The notes under the pieces: generated by a model | Database searches by the model: none | What the model saw: only the letters and a program-made list of their open reading frames with translations | Told to the model about the DNA's origin: nothing | DNA from: Squalus acanthias | Taxonomy: Eukaryota | Length of the DNA stretch: 64,000 nucleotides | Direction of reading: 5' to 3' | Assembly (NCBI GenBank): GCA_030390025.1 | Contig: CM059432.1 | Span: 121,336,001 to 121,400,000 of the forward strand | Translations under genes and position numbers: made by a program | In this document: positions 37,158 through 48,944 of the stretch, piece by piece | Layout of the letters: each line of letters begins with the position of its first letter | Numbering within the stretch: position 1 is the first letter of the stretch

Positions 37158-38341
37158 CCGTTCCCCTAGGAGCAGGAGTCGGCTATAAGGCCCTTAAAGC
37201 CTGCACCGCCATTCAATAAGATCATGGCTGATCTTCGACCTCAACTCCACATTCCCACCTGATCCCCATATCCCTTGATTCCCCTAGAATCAAAAATCTA
37301 GCTGTCTCAGCCTTGAATATACTCAACAACTCAGCATCCACAGCCCTTTGGGGAAGAGAATTCCAAAGATTCACAACCCTCTGAGTGAAGAAATTCCTCC
37401 TCATCTCAGTCTTAAATGGCCGACCCCTTATCCTGAGACTATGCCCCCTCGGTCTAGACTCTCCAGCCAGGGGAAACAGCCTCTCCGCATCTACCCTGTC
37501 AATCCCCCTCAGAATCTTATATGTTTCAATGAGATCACCTCTCATTCTTCTAAATTCCAGAGAGTGTCTTCAGTGACATTATAAATGTGTTGGTAAAGGT
37601 CTCTGCTGGAAGGTAATGTGTCCAAAAAAGAATGTGTTTACTATGTTAGTCGTAATATTGCACAAAGGAAATGTATTTACTCATTGTGATGAGAGCCATT
37701 TTACTCTATTATTCTCTAATCAGCACAAAAATCAGGCACAATTATGTGCCTTTGAAAATCAGTGCAAGTGGTTTTAAACACTTAACAAGAAAAACCCAGT
37801 ATGAGCATAACTATACTCACACAATCCCAACCTTTGGAAATCAGAGTTGAGTGATTAAAGACTATGGCCTAGAAATTCCCCAGTGTAGTGCCGGTTTTGT
37901 TGAAAAAATGGCGGCCGCCTCGCTTCTGCCCGCTTCCGGCACGGAACACGGTGGCCGCCATTTTGGTGAGGGCCATAGTGCTGCCGTTGCCAGCGCTGGC
38001 CTCCTAAATTCAAATGCACAGACCATGACATCATCGGCGTGCAATGCCTGATTTGACATCATGACTGCTATTTTGGACGTAACCGCATGCCATAACACCC
38101 TGTCCTAACTACGCACAGAACAACATGCATGTAGCAGCCCTGCACAGATGCTGTCAGCACTTCCTATAGGAAAACACACATCTTTCAGGTAAGTGTGGAT
38201 TTCAGCTTTTGAACTTTAAAAAAATATTTTATTGAAGTAATGGCCTGGTGCAAAATATTTAAAAAAGTTATTAAAATGTGCAGGGAGTGCTGCTGGATGC
38301 TTGCAAGGATTTGGATGGTAAAGGAAGGCCTCTGAGAAGAC

Positions 38342-38489
38342 AGAAAATGCTGGAAATACTCAGTAGCTCAGGTAGCATCGGGAGAGAGAGAAACAGAGTT
38401 AACGTTTCAGGTCAAGATGCTGCCTTACTTGCTGAGTATTTCCAGCATTTTCTGCTTTTATTTCAGATTTCCAGCATCCGCAGTATTTT
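38342..38489. mobile_element. Fold-back Penelope pLTR fragment
   Basis: Inverted pLTR halves AGAAAATGCTGGAAATACTCAG / CTGAGTATTTCCAGCATTTTCT; 14-bp TSD GCCTCTGAGAAGAC (38328-38341 / 38490-38503). Confidence 0.85.
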
Positions 38490-39289
38490 GCCTCTGAGAA
38501 GACCACTTGCTCAGAGTCTTGCGGGGGGCGGGGGGGGGGGGGGGCACACAGAGATGAAGCAGAGGCAACAAATTGGACAAGCTGCTTGCAGAGGGAAGAG
38601 GAAGAAGCAGAAAAGGAAGATGCAGAAGAGGAGGAAGCAGAATGAAGGATGCATCCCAGACAGCCTCTTTCTTGCCGGGACATCTGGGATGGAATCATCC
38701 ACCTGCGATACCAGTGACCACAACCCCAATTCCACTTTCAACATTTGTCCCACACCTTACCTTCCCTCTGTTACTGACCATCACAACATCCTCTTGGCCA
38801 CAATGCTGAAATAAAAGCCACCACAAAGTAAACTTTCCAATACAACTTTATACATCTATCCATCCAATATGACATCAAAAAATCAGCTCATCACCCTTAT
38901 GCATTCCCTTAGTCACTGTCTTATGTGTGCCTTTGCCTATCCTACTGATATCATGCAGTGCTACCCCAGTGGCTGCAGCATAGCTGGTGGAAGGCTATTG
39001 ACTTTCAGTGGGGGACACTGCAAATGGCCTTGCTGGTCGACCTTGAGGAGTTGGTGGCTGGGAGTATGAAATCAAGTGATGGTATTTTTTCTTCTTCTTC
39101 TTCTTCTTCTTCTTCTTCTTCCCTCTCTCCTCTCCCTCTTCTTGGTCAACCACTGGCTGGGCAGGCTGCATTTTTTGGGTGTGTGAAGTGAGGAAGGCAC
39201 AAGGCTGGAGTTGTGGTGAGTGGAGGGTGGGAAAGCAAGAGGTGCTGCGAGAAGGAGGATAAAGTATGAGGATACCAGCATCTTGTATC

Positions 39290-40980
39290 TGTAGGGGGTG
39301 GTGGCGCGTGTGTCAGCTTCACCTCTGACTTCTGAGCGGTTCGAATCGCTCCCAGTCCCTTGGTTCTAGACCTTGGACTTATTTGGGGGTTGTGACAAAA
39401 AGTGCAGCAGACAACTGGTTTTGATGCAAGAACTTTTGATCTTTATTCAAGAGAGAAAAACATAACACAACAATCTTAACACTCTAATAAAATGGGGAAC
39501 ACTTCGGTACAAACAAGGGAAATTACAGTAGAAGAATACCTCACCCCTCCCAATCCCACTTTACTAGCTAAGTTAGACTCTAGAGGACCAGGGACAATGC
39601 TCACCAAACGAATCCTTGACAGTTGAGATGGTTCGCAGTTTTGGGGTTCGCTGTAGTACCCACATTTCCTCTGTTAGAGATAGGGTTTAGAGTCTTTTTA
39701 AGTAAAAAGTTTTGTAAGGTCCTTGTTGCCGCGAGGTGTCTGATGGTCACTGGGGCTGTTGCTCTGGTTTCTTCTTGTGGGTCGGCCTGCTTCTAGAGCT
39801 GCTGGCCTTCTCGGTTGAATTTCTTTCTGTTGCCCCCTCGCCTTGTTGAATGGTCTGGTTCCGAGCTGTTGACCTCCTGGCTGGACACGTAACTGCTTGT
39901 TCCTTGAACTGCTTGTTCCTTGCTGCCTGCTGCTTGTCTGTGTGACTCCTGTGTTTCCTGCTTGTTGAACTTGTTTCTGTTGAACTGTGTACAGTTGTAC
40001 TCGAGGACTCCTTTCTGTTGTAACTGTGTAACTGCTCCACCCTTGAACTTGAGAACTGTTGTAACTGCTGAACTGGCTTCTTGAGAAAACAGGCCCTCAA
40101 TTATACTCATTGGGGCCTCCCAATCAGTCCCGGTTTATTGTAAGATTTTGGCGGGCTCGTCAACAGTAACCTGTTTGTAAATGTGTGAAGTGGTTTCAGG
40201 ATGGCTCCATCCTGTCGATCTGCTTGCTTGATTGTAGCTGATTGTTCTCACGTTGTGAGTTTCTTGACTGGGCCTGGGATTTCTATAGAGTGGGTCAAAG
40301 TGATCTGTTTTATGCATGTCTTGATGGGTCACAGAATCACAGAATCCCCACAATGCAGATAGAGGCCATTTCGGCCCATCGAGCCTGCACCGGCACATAT
40401 CCCACCCTATCCCCGTAACCCCACGTATTTAATCCCCCTAACACTAAGGTTCAATTTATCATAAAAGAAATAAACCTAACCCGCACATCTTTGGACTGTG
40501 GGAGGAAACCGGAGCACCCCACGCAGACACAGGGAGAATGTGCAAATTCCACACAGACAGTCACCCATGGCCGGATTCGAACCCGGGTCCCTGGCGCTGT
40601 GAGGCAACAGTGCTAACCACTATGCCACCGTGTAATTTGGGTGGAGACTGTTCTTCCTCGGGTCTATTGTAGGATGTTAATGTCTGATAGAGGCCGATTA
40701 ACTCCAAGCGAGGTCATGCGGTTCCCCAGACAGTTTGCATCAACTCCAATATCCAAATTGTCTTTACAGAGGTTGACCCACCTTCCTTTACAGCCTTTTC
40801 TCCCTTACAAGTCCAGACATGTCTTTTAAAATACCAAATCTTGGTTTTTGCTCTAAAATGTCCTTCGGTTAAGCCCAATGCATTCCACCACCCTGAAATA
40901 GTTAGAAAAGAGTCCAAAGTCTTTTTCCTTAGGGTTTGTTTTCGAGTTTTGGGGGATCTGTGAATTTTGAGAATCTTACA
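39290..40980 (-). mobile_element. Probable solo LTR (about 1.4 kb plus nested SINE)
   Basis: TGTA...TACA ends splitting Harbinger exon 2; on minus strand CCAAT/TATA-like at about 40100-40125 and AATAAA at about 39445; TSD imperfect. Confidence 0.65.
40329..40632 (-). mobile_element. HE1-type (V-domain) SINE, essentially full length
   Basis: tRNA-like head, V-like body (GGGTGCTCCGGTTTCCTCCCACAGTCCAAAGATGTGCGGGTTAGG) and CR1-derived tail ending (GATTCTGT)n. Confidence 0.9.
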
Positions 40981-41077
40981 GTTCCCCCGCTGCTGGCCAA
41001 TGGCTCAGCCACGCCTCTGCCAAGAATGGCCTGCATTGTTTCCTCCAAGGGGGTGAAGTGAGGCTAGGAATGGGAGA

Positions 41078-41757
41078 TGTGCGTCATGATTGGCACAGAT
41101 TACTGGTGTTGGACATCGTGAAAGTTAAAAGTTTAACAGTCAAACTACTTTGTATCTTAAAGCAACAGGTTTTCCTGGAAGTGTCGTAAAAGGAATGCAT
41201 TGTCAGGCTTTCCGATATAAACAGGATAACATTGAAGTGTCTGTGGCGAAGGCAGTGCTTGTTTTCTGAAATATAAAGTGCTTGAGTAAGGAAATCAGTG
41301 TCAGTGATGACATCACCCATGAATGGTTAAATGTTTAGTTTTAGGGTAATAAACATGGGCAGTAGGTGTCCATTAGATATAGATAACAATTGGTCAAAGA
41401 TGCTAGAAAATGTTACGTCAGGAAGTCTCATTTAGGGGAAATGGTTCTAAGGTAAACAATTGCAAACTGTTGACATCGATAATCTGTTTTCAGAGGATTT
41501 GGGAAATAGATACATCATTTTGACATTTTCCTTTGTTGTAGTCAAAATATGGTGTATAAAGGATCATGGTTTTCAACAGTTTGTCAGAGTGTGCTCGAAA
41601 GATACAAAAACTGGTAAAGTCACTCTCTGTATATAGTTCAAGGCCAATCACCTTTACTGTATATCAATAAAGTCTGTTCCGTATACTCCATTATGGAGTC
41701 TTGTGCTTACTCGATATGTGTTGTTGTGAACCAGAGGAGAAAGGAGGTTGCTTAGCA
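41078..41757 (+). mobile_element. Probable solo LTR (Gypsy-like)
   Basis: TGT...GCA ends interrupting Harbinger sequence; TATAAA about 41555 then AATAAA about 41667; no clean TSD. Confidence 0.55.
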
Positions 41758-42509
41758 GGGGAGCCATGCATTGAGAAGTGTGTGAGGCTGGAGGTGCAGT
41801 TGGTAGGAGATGGCTTTTGAAGATGCATTCATTGACCTTGACCAGTGGCCTGAGGTCATGAAGCTTCTTTGGGCACTGGAGCCAGGTGCTGGGGGCAACA
41901 CTGCTGGCAGTGACAGCCTCCATTATCTGGTCCCACACCGTTCTTTCTGGAGGGCCTCCTGGCCCCTGTGGGTAGAGGACCTCTCTTGCAGTGTTGACCC
42001 TTTGCATAAGCTGGAGTGCTGTATGCGAGACCCTGGGAGCCTTTTCCCTGGCTTGCTGAGCCATTTGTGTTAGTGCTAAAGCAGTTTTCCCATTTTTTGA
42101 GGTGTGGAAGGGAATTCAACTTTCAGAGCTGAAGACTCACATTTGGGACTTCTTTTTAATGTTAATTTTTTTTTTAAGGCAGTAAGGGCTGAAAACTGCA
42201 TTTTCTTACTTCATTTTTATTTATATCAGTTCAGAAGGCATTGTCTAGCAGACTTATTGCCTCAAATCCAGCGGCTGTTGGAAGATGGACGCCGCTTCTG
42301 GATGGCAACTTTGCCTCCGATGCCCACATTAATGACACCAGGAGAGTATTACACAGTGAGTTAGTACTGGGCTAAAAAACTTTAGTCCCCAGCACAAATT
42401 TTTCTCTCTTACTACCGCAACCATTCTTTGCAGCTGTTAACCTGAGGCCGCAGTGGCACCGGCAACTCTTGTGGCATCCACAAATTTCTAGGCCTAAGAC
42501 TCTAGTTTC

Positions 42510-43013
42510 AGATTTAAGTATTTCACTCTCAAACCCAATGTGAAATGCTACATATTATGATCACTCTTCCCCAGAGGATCCTTTACTATGAGATTACTAA
42601 TTAACCCTGTCTCATTACACAATACAAGATCTAAAATAGCCTGTTCCCTGGTTGGTTCCATGAGGTATTGTTCTAGGAAACACTCTTGAATGCATTCCAT
42701 GAACTCGTCCTCCAGACTACCTTAGCCAATTGGATTTCTCGAGTCTATATGAAGATTAAAGTCCCCCACAATTATTGCATTACCATTGTTACAAGCATCT
42801 AATATAAGTTGATTAATTCTCTCTCCAATGTTATAACTACTGTTAGGGTGCCTATAAATTACTTCCACCAGTGTTTTCTGCCCCTTATTTTTTCTTATCT
42901 CCACCCATACTGATTCTACTTCCTGATCTTCCGAGCCAAGATCTTTTCTCACTACTGTACTTAAGACATCCTTTATTACATGTGCTACCCCTCCTCCATT
43001 TCCATTCTGCCTC
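42510..43013 (-). mobile_element. CR1 endonuclease-region fragment
   Basis: GGGVA, ESVWVEI, IYRHPN, IIVGDFN in ORF 42722-43057. Confidence 0.85.
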
Positions 43014-43014
43014 T

Positions 43015-45170
43015 CCGAGTTCGCCCTCCACTGCTGCATAAGAGAGGTGACAGACACTCCTTATGCCAGGAGAGGGAAGTTCGTTGTCTTCTCTCTGACC
43101 AGAGAGAAGCAGGCGGAATGTGTATGTGGCTTTGACAGGATAGCAGGCTTCACCATGGTGCAGGGTGCGATTGACTGCACACACAAGGCTTCACAAGCAC
43201 CACATGTAAATGCTGAGATGGACTGCAACCACAAAGGTTATCAATCACTGAATGTGCAGTTGGTGTGCGACCATGCTCAGCACATCATGATGGTGAATGC
43301 CTGGTATCTTGGCAGCAGTCATGATGCTTTTATTTTGTGGCAGTCCGCTGCTCCTTCAGTCTTTGAGCCGCCAAGACAAATCAGAGGGTGGCTACTGGGC
43401 GACAAGAGCTATCCACTGACCACCTGGCTCATGACTCCGATCCGAACCCAACCACATGTGGGCATCATGCGTACAATGAGAACCATGCTGCCAGAAGGAA
43501 TCTGATAGAGCAGACCATTGGTGACCTTAAACACCGAATTCCGCTGCCTGGACCACTCTGGAGGAGCCTGAAGTACTCACCAGAATGTGTCTCAAGATTC
43601 GCTTGGTCTGCTGCATGCTCCACAACCTCGCCATCATGAGGGCCCAGCCCTTGCCACCAGACATATGGCAACCAGCTGAGGAGGAAGAGGAGGAGGAGGA
43701 GGAGGAAGCAGAAGAGAAGGAAGTGGAAGAGGAGGAAGCGGAAGGGAAGAGGCTATGCTGACAGCCCCTTTCTACCCAGGCTGTCTGTAATCAACTCATC
43801 TGACTGCGGTAGAAGTGAACGCAACTCCAATTCCCATTTAACAATAGTCTCACACCTTAACTTCCCTCTGTTACTGATCATCACAGCGTCCACTTGGCCA
43901 CAATGCTGAAATAAAAGCCACCACAAAAGAAACATTCCAATCCAACTTTATACATCAATCTATCCAATATTACATAACAAAGTGAACTAATCACACTTGT
44001 GCATTCCCTTAGTGCCTGTCTCCTAATGCTCCTACGAAGTGCTACCCCAGTGGCTGCAGCATGGCTGGTGGAAGGCTGCTGACTTTCAGTGAAGGAGCCT
44101 GCAGATGGCCTTGTAGGACAACCTCGAGGAGCTCTGAGCCTATAAGGCCCAGCTGCGACTGTACCATCTTGGCATGGGCATCAGTAGTCTGGGCTGGCTG
44201 GCTGACAGGCAACAGCAAGGGCACTAACAGAGTGACAGCGGTGGGAGGAGGAATACTGTCATCCTGAGAGAGGACAGCAGGTTCTTGCTCCACTGAGTCA
44301 CTGTCACTCCCCCGGGCGGTGCCTCAGCACTCCTAGCCATCTGTTGGAGCATAGATTGCTGAGGGGAGTGGGGAAAGCAAGAGGTGCAAGCTTATACCAT
44401 GTGCAGCTTGTAAATCAGAAGAGATGTGGGATGAGGGGGAAGTGGAATGTCAGAAGGAGGATAACATATGGGGATATCTTGTATTCTTTCAGCCCTTCTG
44501 CTGATCATGGGTTCAGCCATCCCCCTCCCAAGAATGGCCAGCACCAACTCCTCCATGGGGGTGAGGTTATGCAGATGAGCCTGTCCCCTGCCAGTTAGGT
44601 TCTGCTGGCACCAGTTATGTGCCACCTTTTCCTGCAAGAAAAAGGGAATTGTGTCAGTGAGTGTGGTGCAATGTGTTTGGGTGATGTGCCTGTCATGGTT
44701 GAATAGCTGACAGCGTGTTCAAGCTGTGAGATGTGTGTGCGAGGCTTGCAGCAGTAGTAAGTGTGTAAGGATGAGGTGAAGCTATGGATGTGAGGTATGA
44801 GTCATTTTTGGTAGAGATTTTTGGTAGGTGAGTGATGGGGGGGTGGTGCATTGAGCAGTGTGTGAGGCTAGTGGTGCAGATGGTGGGATATGCCATGTGA
44901 AGATGAATTCACTGACCTTGACCACTCGTGCAGACTGCCTTTAAGAAGTGCAGTCTAGCTTTAAGCGGAGCTAGTCTCGTACAAAATTGGGCCCCCTGCT
45001 GAGCGTTCTGCCACTCAGCCACACGTTCAGCGCTAGGCTGAACACCACAATCATGGAAATGAGCAGGCAGCACAAACTTTGCCTGCTGCCCGCAGTCCTC
45101 CTAACGGGCGCGGGATGATCGCGCATTGTGATCCCCGCGCTCGTTTTCGGGGGGCAAACCAATTTCTAGG
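43015..45170. mobile_element. Left-truncated Harbinger: transposase remnant (+) converging on Myb/SANT remnant (-)
   Basis: Right end CCAATTTCTAGG; Myb exons 2 and 3 in ORFs 44392-44637 and 44042-44293. Confidence 0.88.
43020..43818 (+). pseudogene. Harbinger DDE transposase (HARBI1-family), frameshifted
   Basis: GAIDCTH, SLNVQLVCD, GSSHDAFIL, WLLGDKSYPL, HAARRNLIEQTIG, CMLHN, acidic tail. Confidence 0.9.
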
Positions 45171-45479
45171 ATTGTCTGGATTGGTCTGGGGCTGTCTACT
45201 GTTCAGTCTGAAAAGATGTTCAAAAATGACAGTCGTGTGCTGAATACTGTATAATTATGCTATCAAGAGAGGAACCACCATACAGCAGGTGTGGGAGGAG
45301 GGTACGAAAGGTTTGGACGAAGATGGAGACAATAAAGCCAAGAATGAGGAACTCCCATCTCCTATGGAGCATGGAGGACAAATTCAATAACATATACTGG
45401 AGAATTGTTAAGCAATTGGCCATTAAATCTCCTAATATAATAGGGCAAGTAAAGGTTGGTGTATTCTTTTATAACCCTA

Positions 45480-47860
45480 TCCACCCTCAATTGTTCCCTT
45501 ATGGCTTTATTCATCCATGGAGTCTCATTAGTGTTTAGTTTGTTCTTTCCTTTTAGCGGAATATATTTTTCCTGCACTCTGTTGAACACCATTTTAAATG
45601 TTTCCCGTTGTCATTCTACATCGTTGTTTGCCAATATTGTTACCCATTTTATCTTCCCAAGTTCTATTCTCAGCCCCTTAAAATCAGCTTTTTTCCAATC
45701 TATTAACCTGGTTTTTGTCATACTTATATCCTTCTCTATTATCATCTTAAAGCATATTATATTATGATCACTATTGCCTATATGTTCCCCTACTTTTACT
45801 TCTCTTATCTGCTCTGGCTCATTCCCCATAACTAGATGCAATAGCGAATCCTCCCTTGTTGGGCTTTTTACATATTGGGTTAGAAAGGAGTCCTGTAGAC
45901 ATTGTAAGAACTCCATTCCCTTATCCACTTTACCTACCTCTTCTGTCCATTTAATATTGGGGTAGTTGAAATCCCCCATGATTATTATTCTATGTTTTTT
46001 TACTAATTTCTCTAATTTATCTGTATATTTCTTCCTCCACCTCCCTTCTAGTATTAGGTGGTCTGTAAACTACGCATATTAGTGTGATTGATCCTTTATT
46101 ATCTTTTATCTCTATCCATATGGATTCTATTTTTGTCTTGATGATATCTACGTCCCTTTTTTCTACTGCCATTATGTTATCCCTAATAAGTACAGCTACT
46201 CCACCTCCTCTTTTTCCCTCTCTATCTTTTCTAAATATGTTATACCCTGCAATGTTTAATTCCCAGTCCTGATTTTTCTGCAGCCATGTCTCAGTAATCC
46301 CTACTATGTCTGGTTCCTCCCAATGCATGATTGCCTCCAGCTCCTCTGTTTTATTATGAACACTGTGTGCATTGCTGTACAAACAGTTTAACTCATTTTT
46401 AATAGGATTTCCTCTCACTTTATGTTTAACCATCTTTTTAGACTCCTGTTCTATAACTCTATTTGCTCCATTGCCGTCAATGTCCTCCCTTACTTTATTC
46501 TTTCCGATGCTCACTTTTCCTGTTTTGTTTATATTTAGGCTGCTTACATTTCTTGTAGTTCCCTCCCCCCTTCTTACTAGTTTAAAGCTTTTGCCACCTC
46601 CCTTTTACCCTTTCCACTAGGACACGGGTCCCATCCCGGTTCAGGTGGAGCCCGTCCCATCGGTACAGCTCCTTCCTGTCCCAGAACTGATGCCAGAGTC
46701 TCATGAAAAGGAACTCCTCTTTCCCACACCAGCCCTTTAGCCACGTGTTAATTCTCCTGATCTGTCTGCTTCTATGCCAATTTGCACGAGGCTCGGGCAA
46801 TAATCCAGAGATTATTACCCTTGAGGTCCTGCTTTTTAATTTAGAGCCTAATTCCTGAAAATCTTTCAGCAACACCTCCTCCCTGTTCCTACCTATGTAA
46901 TTTGTTCCAACATGGACCATGACAACTGGATTTACTCCCTCTCTTTCCAAGTTCCTCTCCAGCCACCATGAGATATCCCTTACCCTGGCACCGGATAGGC
47001 AACACACCCTTCGGGATTCTCGTTCTTGGTTGCAGACAATGCTATCTATCCCCCTAATTATAAAGTCCCCTATTACTACCACATTTCTATTCTGCTTTTC
47101 CCCCCTTGGACAGCCTTCTGAGCCATGGCGCCTTGGTCTGCATTGTGGCTGTCCTCCCCGCAGTCTTTTTCCTTGTCCTCACAGGTAGCGAGTACTGCGT
47201 ACCTGTTGGACAGGACCAGTGTCGATGGGACCTCCTTCTCAACCTCTCCTAAATCCCTACTACCCGTCTCCCTAACAGTCACACCCTCCCATTCCTGAAC
47301 CTGTGCTTTCCTCTGGGGTGTGACTGTATTCTGGATAAAACTGTCCAGAACTTCCTCCCACTCCCTTATGTGTCGGAGTGTCTCCAACTCACACTCCAGC
47401 TCAATGACTCTGAGTCGATGAGATTCGCGATGGCGAGATCTCCTGCAGACGTGTTTGCTCGGGACAGTCTCGCCATCCACAAATTCCCACACACTGCAGT
47501 CCAGACACACAACCTGCCCTGCCATATCTTAGACTTGCAATATTTTGTTTATTTAATTAGTTAATGTCTTTATTCAATGATTATTTATAGTTATATTAAA
47601 GAGTTTAACTTGATAAGCTAAAAATTTAATACAGTGTGTTATAGTTTCCCGCTACTAGTTTAAACCACTGCCCTAGGTTAGAGAGAAAAAAAACCTTAAT
47701 ACTCACCAACCAATCACCCACCTGCTGTCCTGTGATGTCACTCTTCGTTTTTTTTTTGGAAATCGTCGACGGTTCGGCCGCTGATGGTGTCTCCAATCAG
47801 GTCGGCGCTGTTTCCCCCACGGTTTTATGCTCCGCCGCTGCTGGTGTCTCCAATTGGATC
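45480..47860 (-). mobile_element. CR1 LINE 5' half: 5' UTR, ORF1 and endonuclease; RT missing
   Basis: ORF1 pieces 47076-47525 and 46582-47082; EN pieces 46017-46514 and 45611-45979 (VGITETWL, GGGVAV, YRPPN, MGDFN, SDHN). Confidence 0.9.
46582..47525 (-). pseudogene. CR1 ORF1: Cys-finger / leucine zipper plus SGNH esterase, one frameshift
   Basis: CLDC..C..LRVIELECELETL; VIGD(F)II, SGAR, HVGTN, DGLHLN blocks. Confidence 0.88.
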
Positions 47861-48944
47861 GGATGACAGAAATTGCCATATTGCCTAGTTATTTTTAACA
47901 GCAGCTTAAAATTTAGTATCTTTTGTGTATTATACTGTTGAACCAGGTGGAAAGTTTCGCTTTGACAAGTACTATATATTGTAAAAATTTACAACGTTTG
48001 AAACTGTTTTGGAGCTATATCTTGAGCCTGCCTTGCTGCAGGCCCATTGTGTTCCTGACCCGGCACAGTTCTTATTGAATACAAAGTGGAAAAATATTCT
48101 GTTCTGCAGTCCTCCCATTCTTCACTTTAATGAGCTTTATAAAAAGAGCAACAAAAAAACTATAGACAACAAGAACCACTGTTCGGAGAGCCAGTGTCAA
48201 ACCTTCTACTGTTATCTCCGACAATCTGCTTGTTTGTAACAGCCACTGGTACAGCTCTGTTTATCACTTGGATGATTTATACCAAGCCTAACAAAAATGC
48301 ACTGTATTACCACACAAATAATGTACACAGCACAACACAGAGAATAGCCAGCTTTATTCTTCCAGTCATGTTAGTTTATGGTTTATTGAGCAGTCTTTTC
48401 CAAATTAGCTATTATCATACAATATTCAAAGCCCTGTGATGTGATACAGGGCAATTTACAGATTTTGCATCAAAGCTCCAAATGCTTTAAGATCTGTATT
48501 ACTGAAGCGAACAAAAAAATCAAAGAAAGCACAAAGCAAAAATTGCATTTATAGGTATTTGAAGTAGAAAAATAAAAACTTGGTCAGTTTAGGTACTAGA
48601 GATAGAAGTATAGAAATCACTGTCAGTGATGTTATCGTACAACACTTAACATACTCAATACAAATTTCTCTCTCTGCTATTTTAATATACATTAAAATAA
48701 AATGACAACTCTGTAAAATGGCTGAGAGGAATTTTATGCACGCATGTCAAGTGTTCATATGATAATATCTGTAACAGTGATGTCCAGATTGTGAAGCTTT
48801 GAACTAGAGAATGCGATGCCTTATAGACGTTTTTGAAACGTTGACAAATTTAGCAGTGGGACGACCTGTGTCCAATCCGTGCATGCATTCAGGCCACTGC
48901 TAAATTTGTCGAGCCCATTTCTTGGGCCTCCTGGGTAGCCACTT

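Larger units (their letters stand above)
31712..37166 (-). mobile_element. Near full-length single-ORF CR1/L2-group LINE with tRNA-like 5' head (about 3.2 kb without nested inserts)
   Basis: A/B-box head; ATG at 36809 then APE endonuclease (LLTNI..IVILTESYL; YHPPS; WVGDFNVHH); RT (KAMGPDNI, LDIKAAFDRVWH, FADDCT, VRSVMEYSPLAW); AATAAA and A-rich tail at 31712. Confidence 0.92.
31672..37563 (-). mobile_element. Host CR1 3' fragment split by the large LINE (pieces about 31672-31711 and 37167-37563)
   Basis: Left ..CATAAGGACATAAGAA joins right TAGGAGCAGGAGTCGGC.., rebuilding the tail seen intact near 24614-24660; ORF 37222-37545. Confidence 0.88.
37866..42494 (-). mobile_element. Deleted Harbinger (same family as 17115-18325) hosting Penelope, LTR and SINE insertions
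   Basis: TIR GGCCTAGAAATT...AATTTCTAGGCC, flanks TAT/TAA; Myb exon 1 in ORF 41654-42064; transposase C-terminus and poly(A) remnant at about 38590-38820 on plus strand. Confidence 0.88.

Noticed and set aside
37070..37166. Genuine tRNA gene
   Set aside because: A and B boxes are present but there is no convincing cloverleaf or downstream T-run terminator, and it is continuous with the LINE.
39747..40110. Gln/Ser-rich ORFs
   Set aside because: By-product of strand-biased low-complexity sequence in the putative LTR.
45220..45480. Separate gene or LINE fragment
   Set aside because: Only a faint endonuclease-like trace (IILGDL); too decayed to assign.
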